Source: Balamuthia mandrillaris (taxonomy: Eukaryota). Taken from it: 64,000 bases of DNA. A program made the position numbers and the translations under genes. The stretch covers positions 1-64,000 of the forward strand of contig JAVKOQ020000024.1 of assembly GCA_031835245.2 (NCBI GenBank). The letters run 5' to 3'. The notes below the pieces were generated by a model that ran no database searches, had not been told where the DNA came from, and saw only the letters and a list, made by a program, of their open reading frames with translations. Below, piece by piece: positions 1 through 11,639 of the stretch (the stretch's first letter is position 1; each line of letters begins with the position of its first letter).

Positions 1-1368
1 TGTAGATCACGCTTAAAGAAATGGGAATGCCTTGCTTTTGTTCTAACACCTGTGGTACAGTGTAAAAGTCAACCAAACGTTTAAGAGATACAAAATAAAG
101 AGAAAGGAAGCAGAAGAGCAGGAAGGGTTGGTGTACAGCATCAATAAAGTTGTTCTCGGGGCGGTAATAAACATCGCCACCAGCTCCAACGAACCCCAGC
201 TCCTTAAACATGACTTCATTCAACATGATCAGCTTCTTCGCCGCATCCTCCATTTTGCTATCTCGCTCGCTCGGCCCTTCTTCCTGCTCCAAGGACGAAA
301 CAGAGGGATAAGCACGCAAGTCATGCGTCTGCCGTTCCAGTCGGTCTTTCACCCTTTCAGCGATTTCATCCAGCTGACGGTGAACTCGAGAGCGATCGAT
401 GGAGCGTTCTCTCAAAGTGGCAATGGTCATCGCCATGTCCTCAATGTTGACCGTCTGGTCGATATCTGTGCGTGAGTTGAGCCCGCCGAGGATGCGCATC
501 CAGGGTTTGAACTTGTCGTAAACGTCGTTCATAACACGAAGCAAACGGAATCCGTTATCCAATTGTTTTTCTATCAGCTGTTGCGATGACATTTAGAAGA
601 AGCATAACCTCAGAAAACTTGTTTAAAAGGGAGAACAAACCGAGGCGTCGGTTTCGTTTTTGTGTTGCTGGAACCGTTGTCTGGTTTGCTCGGTGAAAGA
701 GAAGCGTGGCGAGAGGTTCCAGTCAAGAGCGATCGCCGGGTGCTCCGGTTCATCGGTTGCTTGCTCTATTCTTGCTTTGTGTTCAGCTGTACCGTCAACA
801 AAAAAAAACATGTGAGAGACCGAAAGAAGAAAGAGGCAAAGAAGAAAGAAGAAAGAAGAGAGAGAAAAGGAAGTGAAAAAAAAAGTATACCAAGCAAACA
901 TTGGACTTGGGAGAAAGGCAGTCTTGAAAGCGGGAACGCCTTCTCAAAGTCTCTGTTGATGCGCTGCACCGCAAAATAAATCGTGCGCACGAGCTGCCTT
1001 CGCACCGGGTCCACCGGCTCTGCCGCTCCTTTCTCGTGACAAAGCAAAGGAGGGGCCAAAGGAACAGAGGCGGATGGTGATGGCGATGAAGCAGGAGGAG
1101 GAGAGGAAGAAGCAAGAGAAGGAGGAGGTGGGGAACGCAGAGTTGAGGATGAGTAGCCGCGGAGCCTTCCCGCGGAGCTCCCCTGCGTTGCGGCGGATGG
1201 GGTGGGCGAGGAAGCGGAGGCGAAGGCAAAGGGGAGGCGCCCCGAACCTGCAGCAGCCAACGAAGAAGAAGCATAAGCCGAAGGGGAGAGGCTGCTCGCT
1301 CCTAGCAGAGAAGCTCTCCCAACGGCACAAAACTTTGTTCTTAGAGCGGCTTTGTTGGTTCTCCACAT
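1..1368 (-). CDS. SirB1/Transglut_core2 (FBXO21-like) domain protein with a putative mitochondrial presequence; multi-exon, 3' end runs off the window
   Basis: Spliced translation gives KLIMLNEVMFKELGFVGAGGDVYYRPENNFIDA|VLEQKQGIPISLSVIY, matching the Transglut_core2 signature (LN..F...GF.G...YY...N....VL....GIPISL). The N-terminus MWRTNKAALRTKFCAVGRASLLGASS is Arg/Ser/Ala-rich with no acidic residues. Confidence 0.75.
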
Positions 1369-1934
1369 AACGAATAGAAAGAGAGAGACAGAAAAATAAA
1401 TAAAAATATAAATAAAAGCTTTTGGAGGTCGAAGAAAAAGAAAAAGAAAAGGTTTGCTGTGCACGCAAGCACACGTAGTAAGGTAGGTAGGTTGGTTTGG
1501 AGGATGTACGAAATATTACAAACTTGTTTTGTTTTATTCTGCTTCAATTGTATTGTTTGGTTTTGTTTTTTTTTGTGATGATGACAAGAAAGAAAAGGAA
1601 CAGAAAATAATCCCCAAAAAAAAAATTGGAAATAAAAAAAAAGAAAACGTGAAATTGAAATTCACCAATACCGGAAATTTCCTGCTATTTATGGCAAATC
1701 TGTCGACACTTTTTTCCCCGACGGAGAATTCGTTTTCATGTTTTTGATATCCTATTGAACGATCCGTCTTTGATTGATGATTGGTTAATAACGATCTTCC
1801 TCCAGAATTGCTGTCAACTGGAGTCGAACGCGCGACACCAATATTATTGATAATATTGCCGATAATTGCGCATAATTAAGAAAAAACAGGAAAAGAAACG
1901 GAAAAGAAAGAAAAGAAAAGAAGTTTAGCCGGTA

Positions 1935-4900
1935 ATGATCCCCTCTTCTGCGGCAGCTGCCGGCACGACGGCCACCCCGCCCTCCTCCTCCTTCTCCTCC
2001 ACCTCTACCTCCAACCTGGAGGGATGGCTGCACAAGAAGGGAGAGAAAGGGGCCGTCAAGGCCTGGCGCTTGCGCTGGTTCATCAAGAAAGGCAACAAGC
2101 TCTTCTACTACAAGACCAAGGCCCCCGACGAGGAGCCCAAGGGCTTCATCGACCTGCTGCAGGCCACGAAAGTGCAGCCCTTGTTCATCAAGTCACGCGT
2201 ACGTCTTTTTTATTTATTTATTTTTATAAATAAAACGAACAAAACTGACCAACAACAACAAAATAAAAGAACGGTTACGGCTTCCGTTTGACTGTCGCTC
2301 AACGAGATTACTTTCTCTGTGCTGCCGTTCGTCGTTTAACCTCTTCTTCTTCTTCTTCTTTTTGTTGTTCCGTTCCCTTCTCACCAAAAAAAAAAACAAA
2401 AACAAAAACAAACCATTTCCCAAAAAGACGTACGAGGAGCGTCAATGGTGGATCGACCAGCTGACCAGCCATATCGTGGAGTTTAGGCAAGGCCTCCTGA
2501 GCAGAAACCGCGGCAGCACGGCCGCTATTACCGGTACATGGCCTCCCCTCCCCTCCTCTCTCTTGTTTTTTTTTTTCCTCTCCCTTGGGCCTTCTCCGTC
2601 TTCTCGATCGTTTTTTTTTCTTGTCCTTTCGTTCCTCTGCTCTCTCTTTCTCGTTCTCTTCTCCGTGTTGTTCTCGTTCTCCCCTCTCCTCCACTCTCCC
2701 CGCTTCTCTTCGCGTTAACAACCGCACGAACAGGAGGAGCATTGTTGAGCCCACGAAGCAATGGCACCATTGAAGCATCCAAACAGCACACCGAAGATAC
2801 GAAACCACCTCACGTGCCGCCTGAGGTCTTGCTCTCCTTCGATGAAGAAATCTACATCGATGAAGACTACAGCCCCAACAACGAACAACAACCAACCCAT
2901 TTACCTCCGCAACGTCTCTACACAAACACAAACTTGAGCAACAACAACAACAACAACAATACCAGAGCACTAAAGAAAACATATTCTTTGGAGGCATCCG
3001 CGTTGCAGCGTCACAAGCAGATCAACAACGACCGGCCCAGCCCTTCTCCTCGTCTTGCCGTCGACACGAACTCGATGGACGTTAGAGCCGCCTCCTCGTC
3101 TAAAGGCGAAGAAGAGGGAAGAAAGCAAAGTCGTTTTCATGGAACGATGATGGAGTTGAGGCCCCGCGAGCTGATGGAAGGAGAAACGATATTGCACACG
3201 CAGCACCGGGTCGTATTTTATCGCTCCTCTGCGACGCGGTTCCAAGGAAGCCTGTTTCTTACCAACTTTCAACTTATTTTTGTTCCGGATCCTTTGTTCT
3301 TGGTATCTTTTTTTTTTACTCTTCCTTATATCATGGTCGTTTCTTTTCTTATTGTTGTTTCTTTCTTTTGCTTTATTACCCCAAACCAGCCAGAAGATAC
3401 CTTCTACGAAGAAGTTAAAGTACCAATGGCAACCATAGTTCGAGTGGAAATACTTTCTTCCGATTCGAACAGCGGTCAAGAGGGAGGCACATACTATGGT
3501 AGACTCTTTCGCTTTCCTTTGGGGCAGGGCAAGAACAAGAAGCACGCAAAGAACGTGTCTGCAGTCAACACCAACAATGAGTCGCAACAAGTCGAATTCT
3601 TGGAAGTTATTTCCAAAGATATTCGTGTCCTGCGGTTCTCTTTCTTCCCTAAAACAGATGCACGAAAACAAGTATGTATTTTTTCTTCTTCGTCTTTCCT
3701 CTTTCCCCCTTCTTCCTCCTATTTTCTCTTGTATTCTTTCTGCTTCCTTTTTCTTTACGTCTGTATTATCAGTATTTCTTTTCAGGTTTCGTTCGTTTAC
3801 CATTTTTTCTTCTGTGTAGTTTATGGACGCAATAAGCATTCACTCACCAGCTTCCATCAACGGAATGTTCGCATTTGCTTACAACCCTCCCGAGAATGAA
3901 CATTCATCACCATTTTCTTCACCTTCACAGAATAACATCAGCAACGATCGCTCTTTATCTGATCCAGCAAACGTATGTGGAAAACCGGCTTTTACCTCCA
4001 AAGAAGCTCCTGCAGCCCTTCCTTCTCCTTCATTATCTTCCGTATCTTCATCTTCATCATCTTCTTCTGCTTCATCTCGTAAACCACTACCACCACCTCC
4101 TCGTCCTCCTCGTCAAAACAACAACAATAGCAACAAGGATGATCCTACTAATAGCATCTTTCCTAAGCGTGCCCCTTCTCCCCCTCCTGCTTTTTCTTCT
4201 TCAAAATCTCGTCCCTTACCTCCTCCTCTTCCTGCCAAACCTCCCCTTTCTTCGGCTTCGACTTCTTCTTCATTTGTCCCAACTCACTTCAAGTCTCCTC
4301 CTCTTCTGCCCTCTTCACTTGACAACAATAAACAACAAACAACAAACAACGAAGAACAACGAGATGATGATGATGGATGGAAAGTTTATGATGCAGTTGC
4401 AGAGTATGATCGTTTGGGTTTACCAAACGATCATTGGGTGCTTCTCTCTGATGTGAACAGCACTTTTGGGCTCTGCCCCACGTACCCGCAGGTGCTTTGC
4501 CTGCCGAAACGTTTTCCTCCCGAGCTGTTGCCCAGCGTTAAGGAGTTTAGGACCAAAGGCAGGATTCCTGTTTGTTGTTGGAAGCACCCCACTAGCAATG
4601 CTGTTATTACAAGGTTTTTTATCTGCGTCTCCTCTCCCTATCTTTTCTCTTTGTTTTTTTGTTGTTCATAAATCCTCTTGTTGGTTTTCTTCTTCCTCAT
4701 TATCAAAAACAGATGCAGCCAGCCTCGAGTGGGCCTCTCTCGTCAACGAGGCCACGCCGACGAGCTTCTCATTGCCAACATCCTTCGCGCCAATCCTACC
4801 TCCGAGACGCTGTACCTGATGGACGCTCGGCCGAAAGCCAACGCCATGGCTAATCAAATGGCTAAAGGAGCGGGCTACGAGAGAGAAGACGTATACAAGG

Positions 4901-5943
4901 ACACCAAATTCAAGTTCCTCAACATCGACAACATTCACGTCATGAGAGAGAGCCAGAGACGCATTTTGCTGCAGTGTTATCCGTCTTTAATGAACACTTC
5001 TCCGTCTTCATCGTCTTCCTCTTCGTCCTCTTCAAATGGTTCTTCTTCCAACGGTAGCTCGAACAAAGAAGAACATGCATTTGCCGCTTCGGAGTCTTCT
5101 TTTAGTTCGTCAGATTCTTCTTTTTTGCAGTACAAAGAGAACGATAACGATTGGAACAATGCAGTCAATTCGTGGATGTGGCATCTAAAGTCTGTGTTGA
5201 GGGGTGCCGTTAAAGTCGTTCACGCCGTCGAAGAATGCTCTTGCTCTGTTCTTATTCACTGCAGGTTTATTTTCCTTCTTTTACCTCTTGTCTTTTTCTT
5301 CTGTTGCTTTCTAACATTAAAAGCACCACATAAACATAACAATAGCGATGGCTGGGATCGTACGCCACAAGTGTCAGCCTTGGCACAGCTCATGCTGGAT
5401 GGCTACTATCGCACCTTGAAAGGCTTTCAAGTGCTTATCGAAAAGGAATGGTTGAGTTTTGGCCACAAGTTTGCTGACCGATGCGGTCATTACAACGCCA
5501 AGTTGGGCAACCACAAGGAAAACGAGAAGGAACAAGCTCCTATCTTTCATCAGTGGATAGAGTGCGTATGGCAGCTAACGCAACAATACCCTCGGCACTT
5601 TGAGTTCAACGAACAACTGCTTATCGCTCTCAGCGACAACATCTATTCGGGGCTCTACGGCACTTTCCTTTGCAACAGCGAGAAAGAGAGAGTGGAGGCC
5701 AACCTTCGGGAACGAACCTTTTCGTTCTGGTCTCAGGTCAACCACCCCAAGAACACCCACAAGTACCTCAACACAAAATACTTTATGGCGAAGCAGCAAC
5801 ACAAACAACAGCTGAACCGAACGAAGAGAGGAATGGGGGTGTTGCCCGACTTTCACAACTGTTCGGACATGAGGCGGCTGCAGTTTTGGCGAGAGTATTA
5901 CTTTCGGCACAACGAAGACCTGTTGCCTTGTACCAAGCTTTGA
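1935..5943 (+). CDS. Myotubularin-family phosphoinositide 3-phosphatase with N-terminal PH and PH-GRAM domains (multi-exon)
   Basis: PH: LEGWLHKKGEKGAVKAWRLRWF...LFYYK. GRAM: QGSLFLTNFQLIF. Phosphatase: GWKVYDAVAEYDRLG, LCPTYP, FRTKGRIP, RCSQPRVG, DARPKANAMAN..KGAGYE. The catalytic VLIHC-SDGWDRT is joined across the intron near 5265-5345; then EKEWLSFGHKF. Confidence 0.95.
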
Positions 5944-6015
5944 GGAAAATCCTCAAAAAAAAAAGTTAAAGGCTATACATTGTTCATTCACGACATTGTG
6001 ATAACGTTGGAGACA

Positions 6016-7643
6016 TCATTTGGAGGGAGGAGAGAGCATGGAGACGATGTCGTCCATGGTGGGGCGGTCCTTGGGGTCGTATTGCCAGCACGCCTTCATG
6101 ATGCCTTTCAGCACCTCCGGAATGTCCTCCGGGATCTCCGGCGTCGCTCCTTTTGGACAAAGATAGCAGACTCGTTTCAGGAAACAAAATAAAAACACAT
6201 GCGAGAGGGCATACATACTCTTATCAACCACGGCGATGGCAGCTTGAACAAGAGAGAGGTCAGCATAAGGCTCCTCTCCAAAGTTGACGATCTCCCACAA
6301 GACCACCCCATAGCTCCACACGTCCGACTTTTGGGAGTAGGTTTGTTGGGATATGCTCTCTGGGGCCATCCTGCAATCCAGGTTAAATGGTTTTGTAAAA
6401 AACATGAGCAACATCATTTGGAGGACCGTACCATTTCAAGGGACCCACTTCGGACCTGGTTGTTTGCTCATCGGTCTCCGTGTCCCTTTTCAGCCGCGAC
6501 AATCCAAAGTCTCACCATTGGGCATGACGACAATAAGCAACAACACAACGGGTAACATGTTAACAGAGCGGTGAACATACCACTTATTTTGATGGTCAAC
6601 TCCTCGGTGAGCAACAAGTTGCGAGCAGCCAAATCGCGATGAATGATGCCCTCCGAATGGAGATGGGACATGCCCACCGCGATCTCTCTGGCCATTTGAA
6701 CCATCATCTTGTAGTTCACTATTGCCTCCCCTTCCTCCGACATGAGGAAATGTCTCAAGTCTCCTTTGGGCATGAACTCCGTCACCACGTAGTGATTGTG
6801 GAAGTCGTCTTCGCACACTCCCAACAAGAGAAGCACGTTTCCATGTGGACGCAGGTTTCTGTATCATTGTGAGAGAGAGAGAGAGCGAGAGAGAGAGAGA
6901 GAGAAAGCTTAAGGTAGAAGAACCGGAAGAATCAGAATAGACGCAAACGTACTGCATGATCTCCATCTCGCTTCGCATCTGCTCCAACTCATCATTGTGC
7001 TTGGCAAGAATCTAGCAAACAATCAGTATTAGATAGCAAACATAAACTAGAATAAGCGAGTACCTGTTTTATTGCCACGGGTGTTCCTCTCCACTTTCCT
7101 TTCATCACCACGCCAAACCCTCTGAAAAAACGCGAATAAGAAAGAAGGAAGAATAGAAAGAAACGGCGTCGAAGAAAATACAAGAAAGACACAAACCACA
7201 AGGAACACAGGAAAGAAAGAATGGCAAGAAAGAAACACATATAAGAAAGCAAATGCATATACATACCCTCGCCCAATCTCTTCGCCGAATGTCAACTCAG
7301 AGAATTGAATGTTCCAACTGAAACCCAGTCCTCTGTCTTCTCCACCTCCATGTCTTGCGCGATTTGAATGCTTGCTTGGTTGGATGGGATTCCTTTGGTA
7401 CATGTTCTCTCCTCCTTCCTCCAGGTCTTTCTGCATTCTTCTCCTTTTCGCCATGGTCCTTCGTCTCAGCAGCACTGCCGCCACGACGCCCGCCACCAAG
7501 ATCAACAACAAGGGCAGACCCAGACTGAGGCCCAAGGTGAGAGGGAGGTTGCTGTCACCGTCTGCCGTATTCCGTTCACTTGTGTCTTCATGCATAAAGA
7601 TTAGCCTACAAAGGAGCATGCCAAAGAAAAGAAATGGAGACAG

Positions 7644-7690
<47 letters not shown>

Positions 7691-8915
7691 AAGAAAGAGA
7701 AAGAGAACCCGTATCGCTGCTACCACTACTTGAGCTCTCCTCATTGCTGACACTGCTTGAAGCGGGGTCTAGTTTGATGGCAGTGAAGCTTGTGGTGCAT
7801 TGGACCCGCGTACCATGGGCATCCTCCACCTTCACTATGACGTCGTGCAGACCAGCAGCAAGAAGGGTGCCCGGCGGAGGGGTTTGGGTGATGTTGATGG
7901 GACTATGGCAAGTGCCCACCACACGAAGAGAAGTGGAGCTAGTGAAATCAGGCACTTCTATTTCTGTCTCCTCTTTCTCTGCGCTCATTGCCTCGCTGCA
8001 TGAGACGATGGCGAGCGGTTGAGGAGCAAACGACCCGCACCCTGTTATGCGTTCGTTTAAGTGATGTTGAGGCAGGAAGATAGGCCGAGCATACATACCA
8101 CTCATGGAATAAAACAAAGCATTGGCCATCAGCTCTCTTCCGTTTGTGGACCTATTCCAACCACCGTTGCCGCGTCCTGGTGCATCAAGATCCTCCGTAC
8201 CTCTTAGCTCCGTGACAGGATGGAAGTTGAGGTCCACACGATTGCTCTTGTTGGGACCAACTTCATCGCGAACTACCATCAGCACCACCCCATCGTCATA
8301 GTCAGCCACCACGTAGGACCCTTCCTCCATCTTCTCCACTTGAGCAGGTAGAACGTTGGCGCGAAGGGCTTCGCCGCCGGTTCCAAAGGAGGTGACGTTG
8401 AGCATGGTGGGATGCTCCGGAAAGTGAACCACGCCAAGCTTCCTACGTCCTCCTCCTCCGCCAGGAGTAGTCGTGACCTCACCAGCTTTCTGGGGCAGGA
8501 CAACGGAGGAATGAGTGACAAAAGCTCCTTCGAGGCCGGTAGGTCCGTTGAAGCCAGCTGCAGCAAGCACTACGCCCTTGCCTTGCTCCACGTAGCCCTG
8601 CAACAAGTTACCCAACTCCTCCGGCTCGGGGAAGGGTGCCACTTGAACGATAGGGTAGTCTGAAGCCAGGCCGGACCAAACGAGGAGGGCTTCGAAGTTT
8701 TGCACAAGTTCTTCCAAGGTCGGGAGGGAGCTCACGTTCAAGTAGGTGATGCTCTCGAACCGCCCTGTTTCCTCCAACCTCAGCGTCACGTCCGCTCTGT
8801 AGCGCGGGTCCACTTCAGTGGTCAGCAGCCCAATCCGCTGTCCGTCGATGCCGCTGCATGTGAGGAGAGCTTTTATCACCACCAAAAGAACTGGAATCGT
8901 CCGCAGCGGCAACAT
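6016..8915 (-). CDS. Single-pass receptor kinase (tyrosine kinase-like): signal peptide, ectodomain with HYR-like module, TM helix, kinase domain
   Basis: Signal peptide MLPLRTIPVLLVVIKALLTCSG; TM LGLSLGLPLLLILVAGVVAAVLL followed by RRR. Spliced kinase motifs: IGEG-FG, VAIK, HRDLAARN, ISDFGLSR, GPLKWMAPE, SDVWSYGVVLWEI, CWQYDPKDRPTM. Confidence 0.93.
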
Positions 8916-9230
8916 TGGGGCTGCTTAACACTTGCTTTCCTCTTATTATTTTTGCTGAAACGAACTCCGCGTATACCAGCACACCTTCTATTAGACTCGT
9001 TTCCGGTGTTGATTACACGCTTATTCTATCGTTTCGGTCTTTTATTGATCTGCTCGTTTAATATAGCATCATTTGAAAAACCATTGGTTGGACTTGCGTC
9101 ACTCCTTAATCAGAAGTTAGCCAACAAAAATTCAAACACCTCAACCAATCCAAAACCAAAAAAAAATCAAATGGAAATGTGTTCGATTAGTGCACAAGTG
9201 CTGCTCATTTGAACTCTTCCAATCAAAAAA

Positions 9231-11249
9231 ATGATCGGATCAAAAGAGAAAATGGGGGAGGAGGAGGAGGAGGAGGAGGAGCACAACCACAAGAAGGCAT
9301 GCCATGAGGAGGACATGAGAAGGCCGGAGGGTTTGAGAAAGGTCATCGATCAACTCGGAGCCAAGGAACCGGGCGTTGCTGTTGCTGCCACCGAAGCCAT
9401 CGTCCGATGGAGCCGACTTGGTTGCTACTCGTTTTTTTTGTTTTTTTGTTCTGCAATGGAGTATTGACTGTTGCTCTTCTGTTTCTTCTTTCTTTCTTTC
9501 TTTCTTGTCGTTTCTTGCTTTTTTCTTCGTTCATCTTTCTTCTTCACACACAATCAAAAAAAGAGAACAACATATATGAAGCAAGGGACACGTTGTTGTT
9601 GGTGCCGGCGTTGATCCGCCTGCTCTCCTCCAATGATGCTGCCACCAAGAAAGCTGCGCTTACTGCCCTCGTGGCGTGTGCTTCCGCTGGTTCGCTTCAC
9701 CTCTCTGCTCTCTGCTCTCTCTGCTCGCTCTGCTCTGTTACTTGTTAGTCATTACGTTCTATGATAATGCAGAGGACATAAAAAACGAAGTGGAAGACGC
9801 TGGTGGTTTCCCTATTCTCAACCAACTTGCTCGTAGCAATTCTTCTTCTTCTTCTTCTTCTTCTTCTTCTTCTTCTTCTTCTTCTTCTTCTTCTTCTTCT
9901 TCCAGCACCAATGACGAGGTTTGTAGCTTAGCTATGGAAGCGCTTACTCTTTTGCAAGCGCCAGGTTCGTTCTTTAATACCCCTTGCTTCTCTGTCGCTC
10001 TTCTAAACCTCAAAAAATAACTGACTATGTTGCAGCAACAAATAAGATACGAACGTTTCGGTTTGTCGGTTCTTCTTCAGCAAATGATAGTCTTGAAGAC
10101 AAACGCAGCAAGGATGAAATGAGGAGAAACGAGCGAGTGATTCGGATATGCGTTGATCACATGGATAACGTTGGTGTTGGCTGGAAGATATGGGAATCTG
10201 CTATCATTCTTGCTCGGTCAGTTTTCTTTACTCTCTTTTTCTTTGTATGTTCTCCTTTTTCATAGCTTTCTCATGACTATTTACAGGTGGTGGCATTCAC
10301 GTCAAAACTTGTTGGAAGGAAAAAGAGTGTTGGAGTTGGGAGCTGGAGTAGGCCTGGTCGGCATTTTGGCTGCTCCTTACTGCCGTGAAATAGTCATTTC
10401 TGACTGCGTCGATAAGGTACTCTTTCTTCTTTCTTTGTGTTCTTCTTGTTCTTCTTCTGCTTCTTGTCCTTCTCCTTGTACTTGTTAATGAAGGAAGTAG
10501 TAAAGTAACATGAACAATTGGTGGATGCGGTGAACACTTCGTCTTGATGAATGTTCGTTTTGATGATTCTCATGTGTCTTGGTATACAAAAATTCAGCTT
10601 GTGGAAGACATTCAATACAATTTGAGCTTGAATAACCTTCGAGACAATAATGTACAAGTAATGTAAGTAATGCTCGCTTTCTTCTTATGCTTCCCTCCTT
10701 CCAACTCTAGTTTTGAACAACAAAAGAAATTTGGATTGGAGCATCATTCAACGGCAAGAGCAACAAACTGCTTCTGAACAGTATCACCGCTCTCCAGTTG
10801 CAGTTCCTGACTTAGGCCGTTTCGAGGTGATAATGGGATCTGCTCTCATCTACGACAAAACATCAGCAACGCATTTGGCCGACGTGGTTCATCACTATCT
10901 TCATCCGGAGCAGGGTCTATTTTACACAGTTACCCATCGCAACCGCCTTGTAATGCTTTCTACCCTTTTTTCTAACTTTTATCTTTCAGTTTCATTTTCC
11001 TCCTTTTCTCTTTCTCTTCCGTCATTTCTCCTTCTTCTTTCTTCTTTCTTCTTCTTTCTTCTCTTATCTAACACAAAATAAAACCAGGGAATAGCCGAGT
11101 TCACGAGCCGAGCGAAAGCTTTAGGCCTGCATTGTCTCAAAGAGGACGTTACACAGCGTTCCCTCTTTCAAGACTTTAGCGAGAGCAGCCAATGGCAGTG
11201 GATCGTTTGTTGCCGAAATCCATCACTGCTTGCATCCCTTCCCACTTGA
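9231..11249 (+). CDS. Armadillo-like repeats fused to a family-16 (METTL21/EEF2KMT-like) seven-beta-strand protein methyltransferase
   Basis: ARM-like LVPALIRLLSSNDAATKKAALTAL and VEDAGGFPILNQLA. Methyltransferase: VGWKIWESAIILAR, LEGKRVLELGAGVGLVGI, IVISD, LDW, FEVIMGSALIYD. First in-frame stop is TGA at 11247-11249. Confidence 0.85.
9841..9903 (+). repeat. (TCT)n coding microsatellite (poly-Ser)
   Basis: About 20 perfect TCT units in frame within an exon of the methyltransferase gene. Confidence 0.95.
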
Positions 11250-11446
11250 CAAAAGAAAAATAGGATTTTGCTCACCGAACCATCGAAGGAAGAAGAAGGA
11301 GAGAAACAACCAGACGAAACAAAATCGATAGCCACGTCGGCAGAGAAGGAGCACAACGATCGAGAAGAAGTACAAGCCGTAGCTCATAACCTGTGAAAAC
11401 AGGGAGCAGAGTGGAGTGCAGTGGGAGAGGAGAAAGGTATCTTTTG

Positions 11447-11597
11447 TGTCGACGTCATAATGTCGACGTGAAAAAGACTAATAGGTTCGTTTTGGGCGGG
11501 TTTTCCACCAAATTTCATACTTGAAATTTCTCTCCTGAAATTCACCCAAAACAGAACGGACGTCATTCATCCCTTAAAAAGCTGATATCTGACGTCA
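11447..11597. promoter_or_regulatory. TFIIH p62 promoter with clustered TGTCGAC/GACGTCA motifs
   Basis: TGTCGACGTCA 11447-11457, TGTCGACG 11461-11468, GACGTCA 11559-11565 and TGACGTCA 11590-11597, all within 200 bp of the ATG. Confidence 0.55.
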
Positions 11598-11639
11598 ACA
11601 GAAAAAAACAGAAAGAAAAAGAAAGCGGGTGGGGAGAAG

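Noticed and set aside
3303..3389. Intron starting GTATCTTT as a possible U12-type intron
   Set aside because: Not the full RTATCCTT consensus, and there is no TCCTTAAC-like branch site near the acceptor.
10417..10598. Longer-than-usual intron with two TGATGA motifs as an intronic C/D snoRNA
   Set aside because: No downstream CTGA box D or terminal stem was found.
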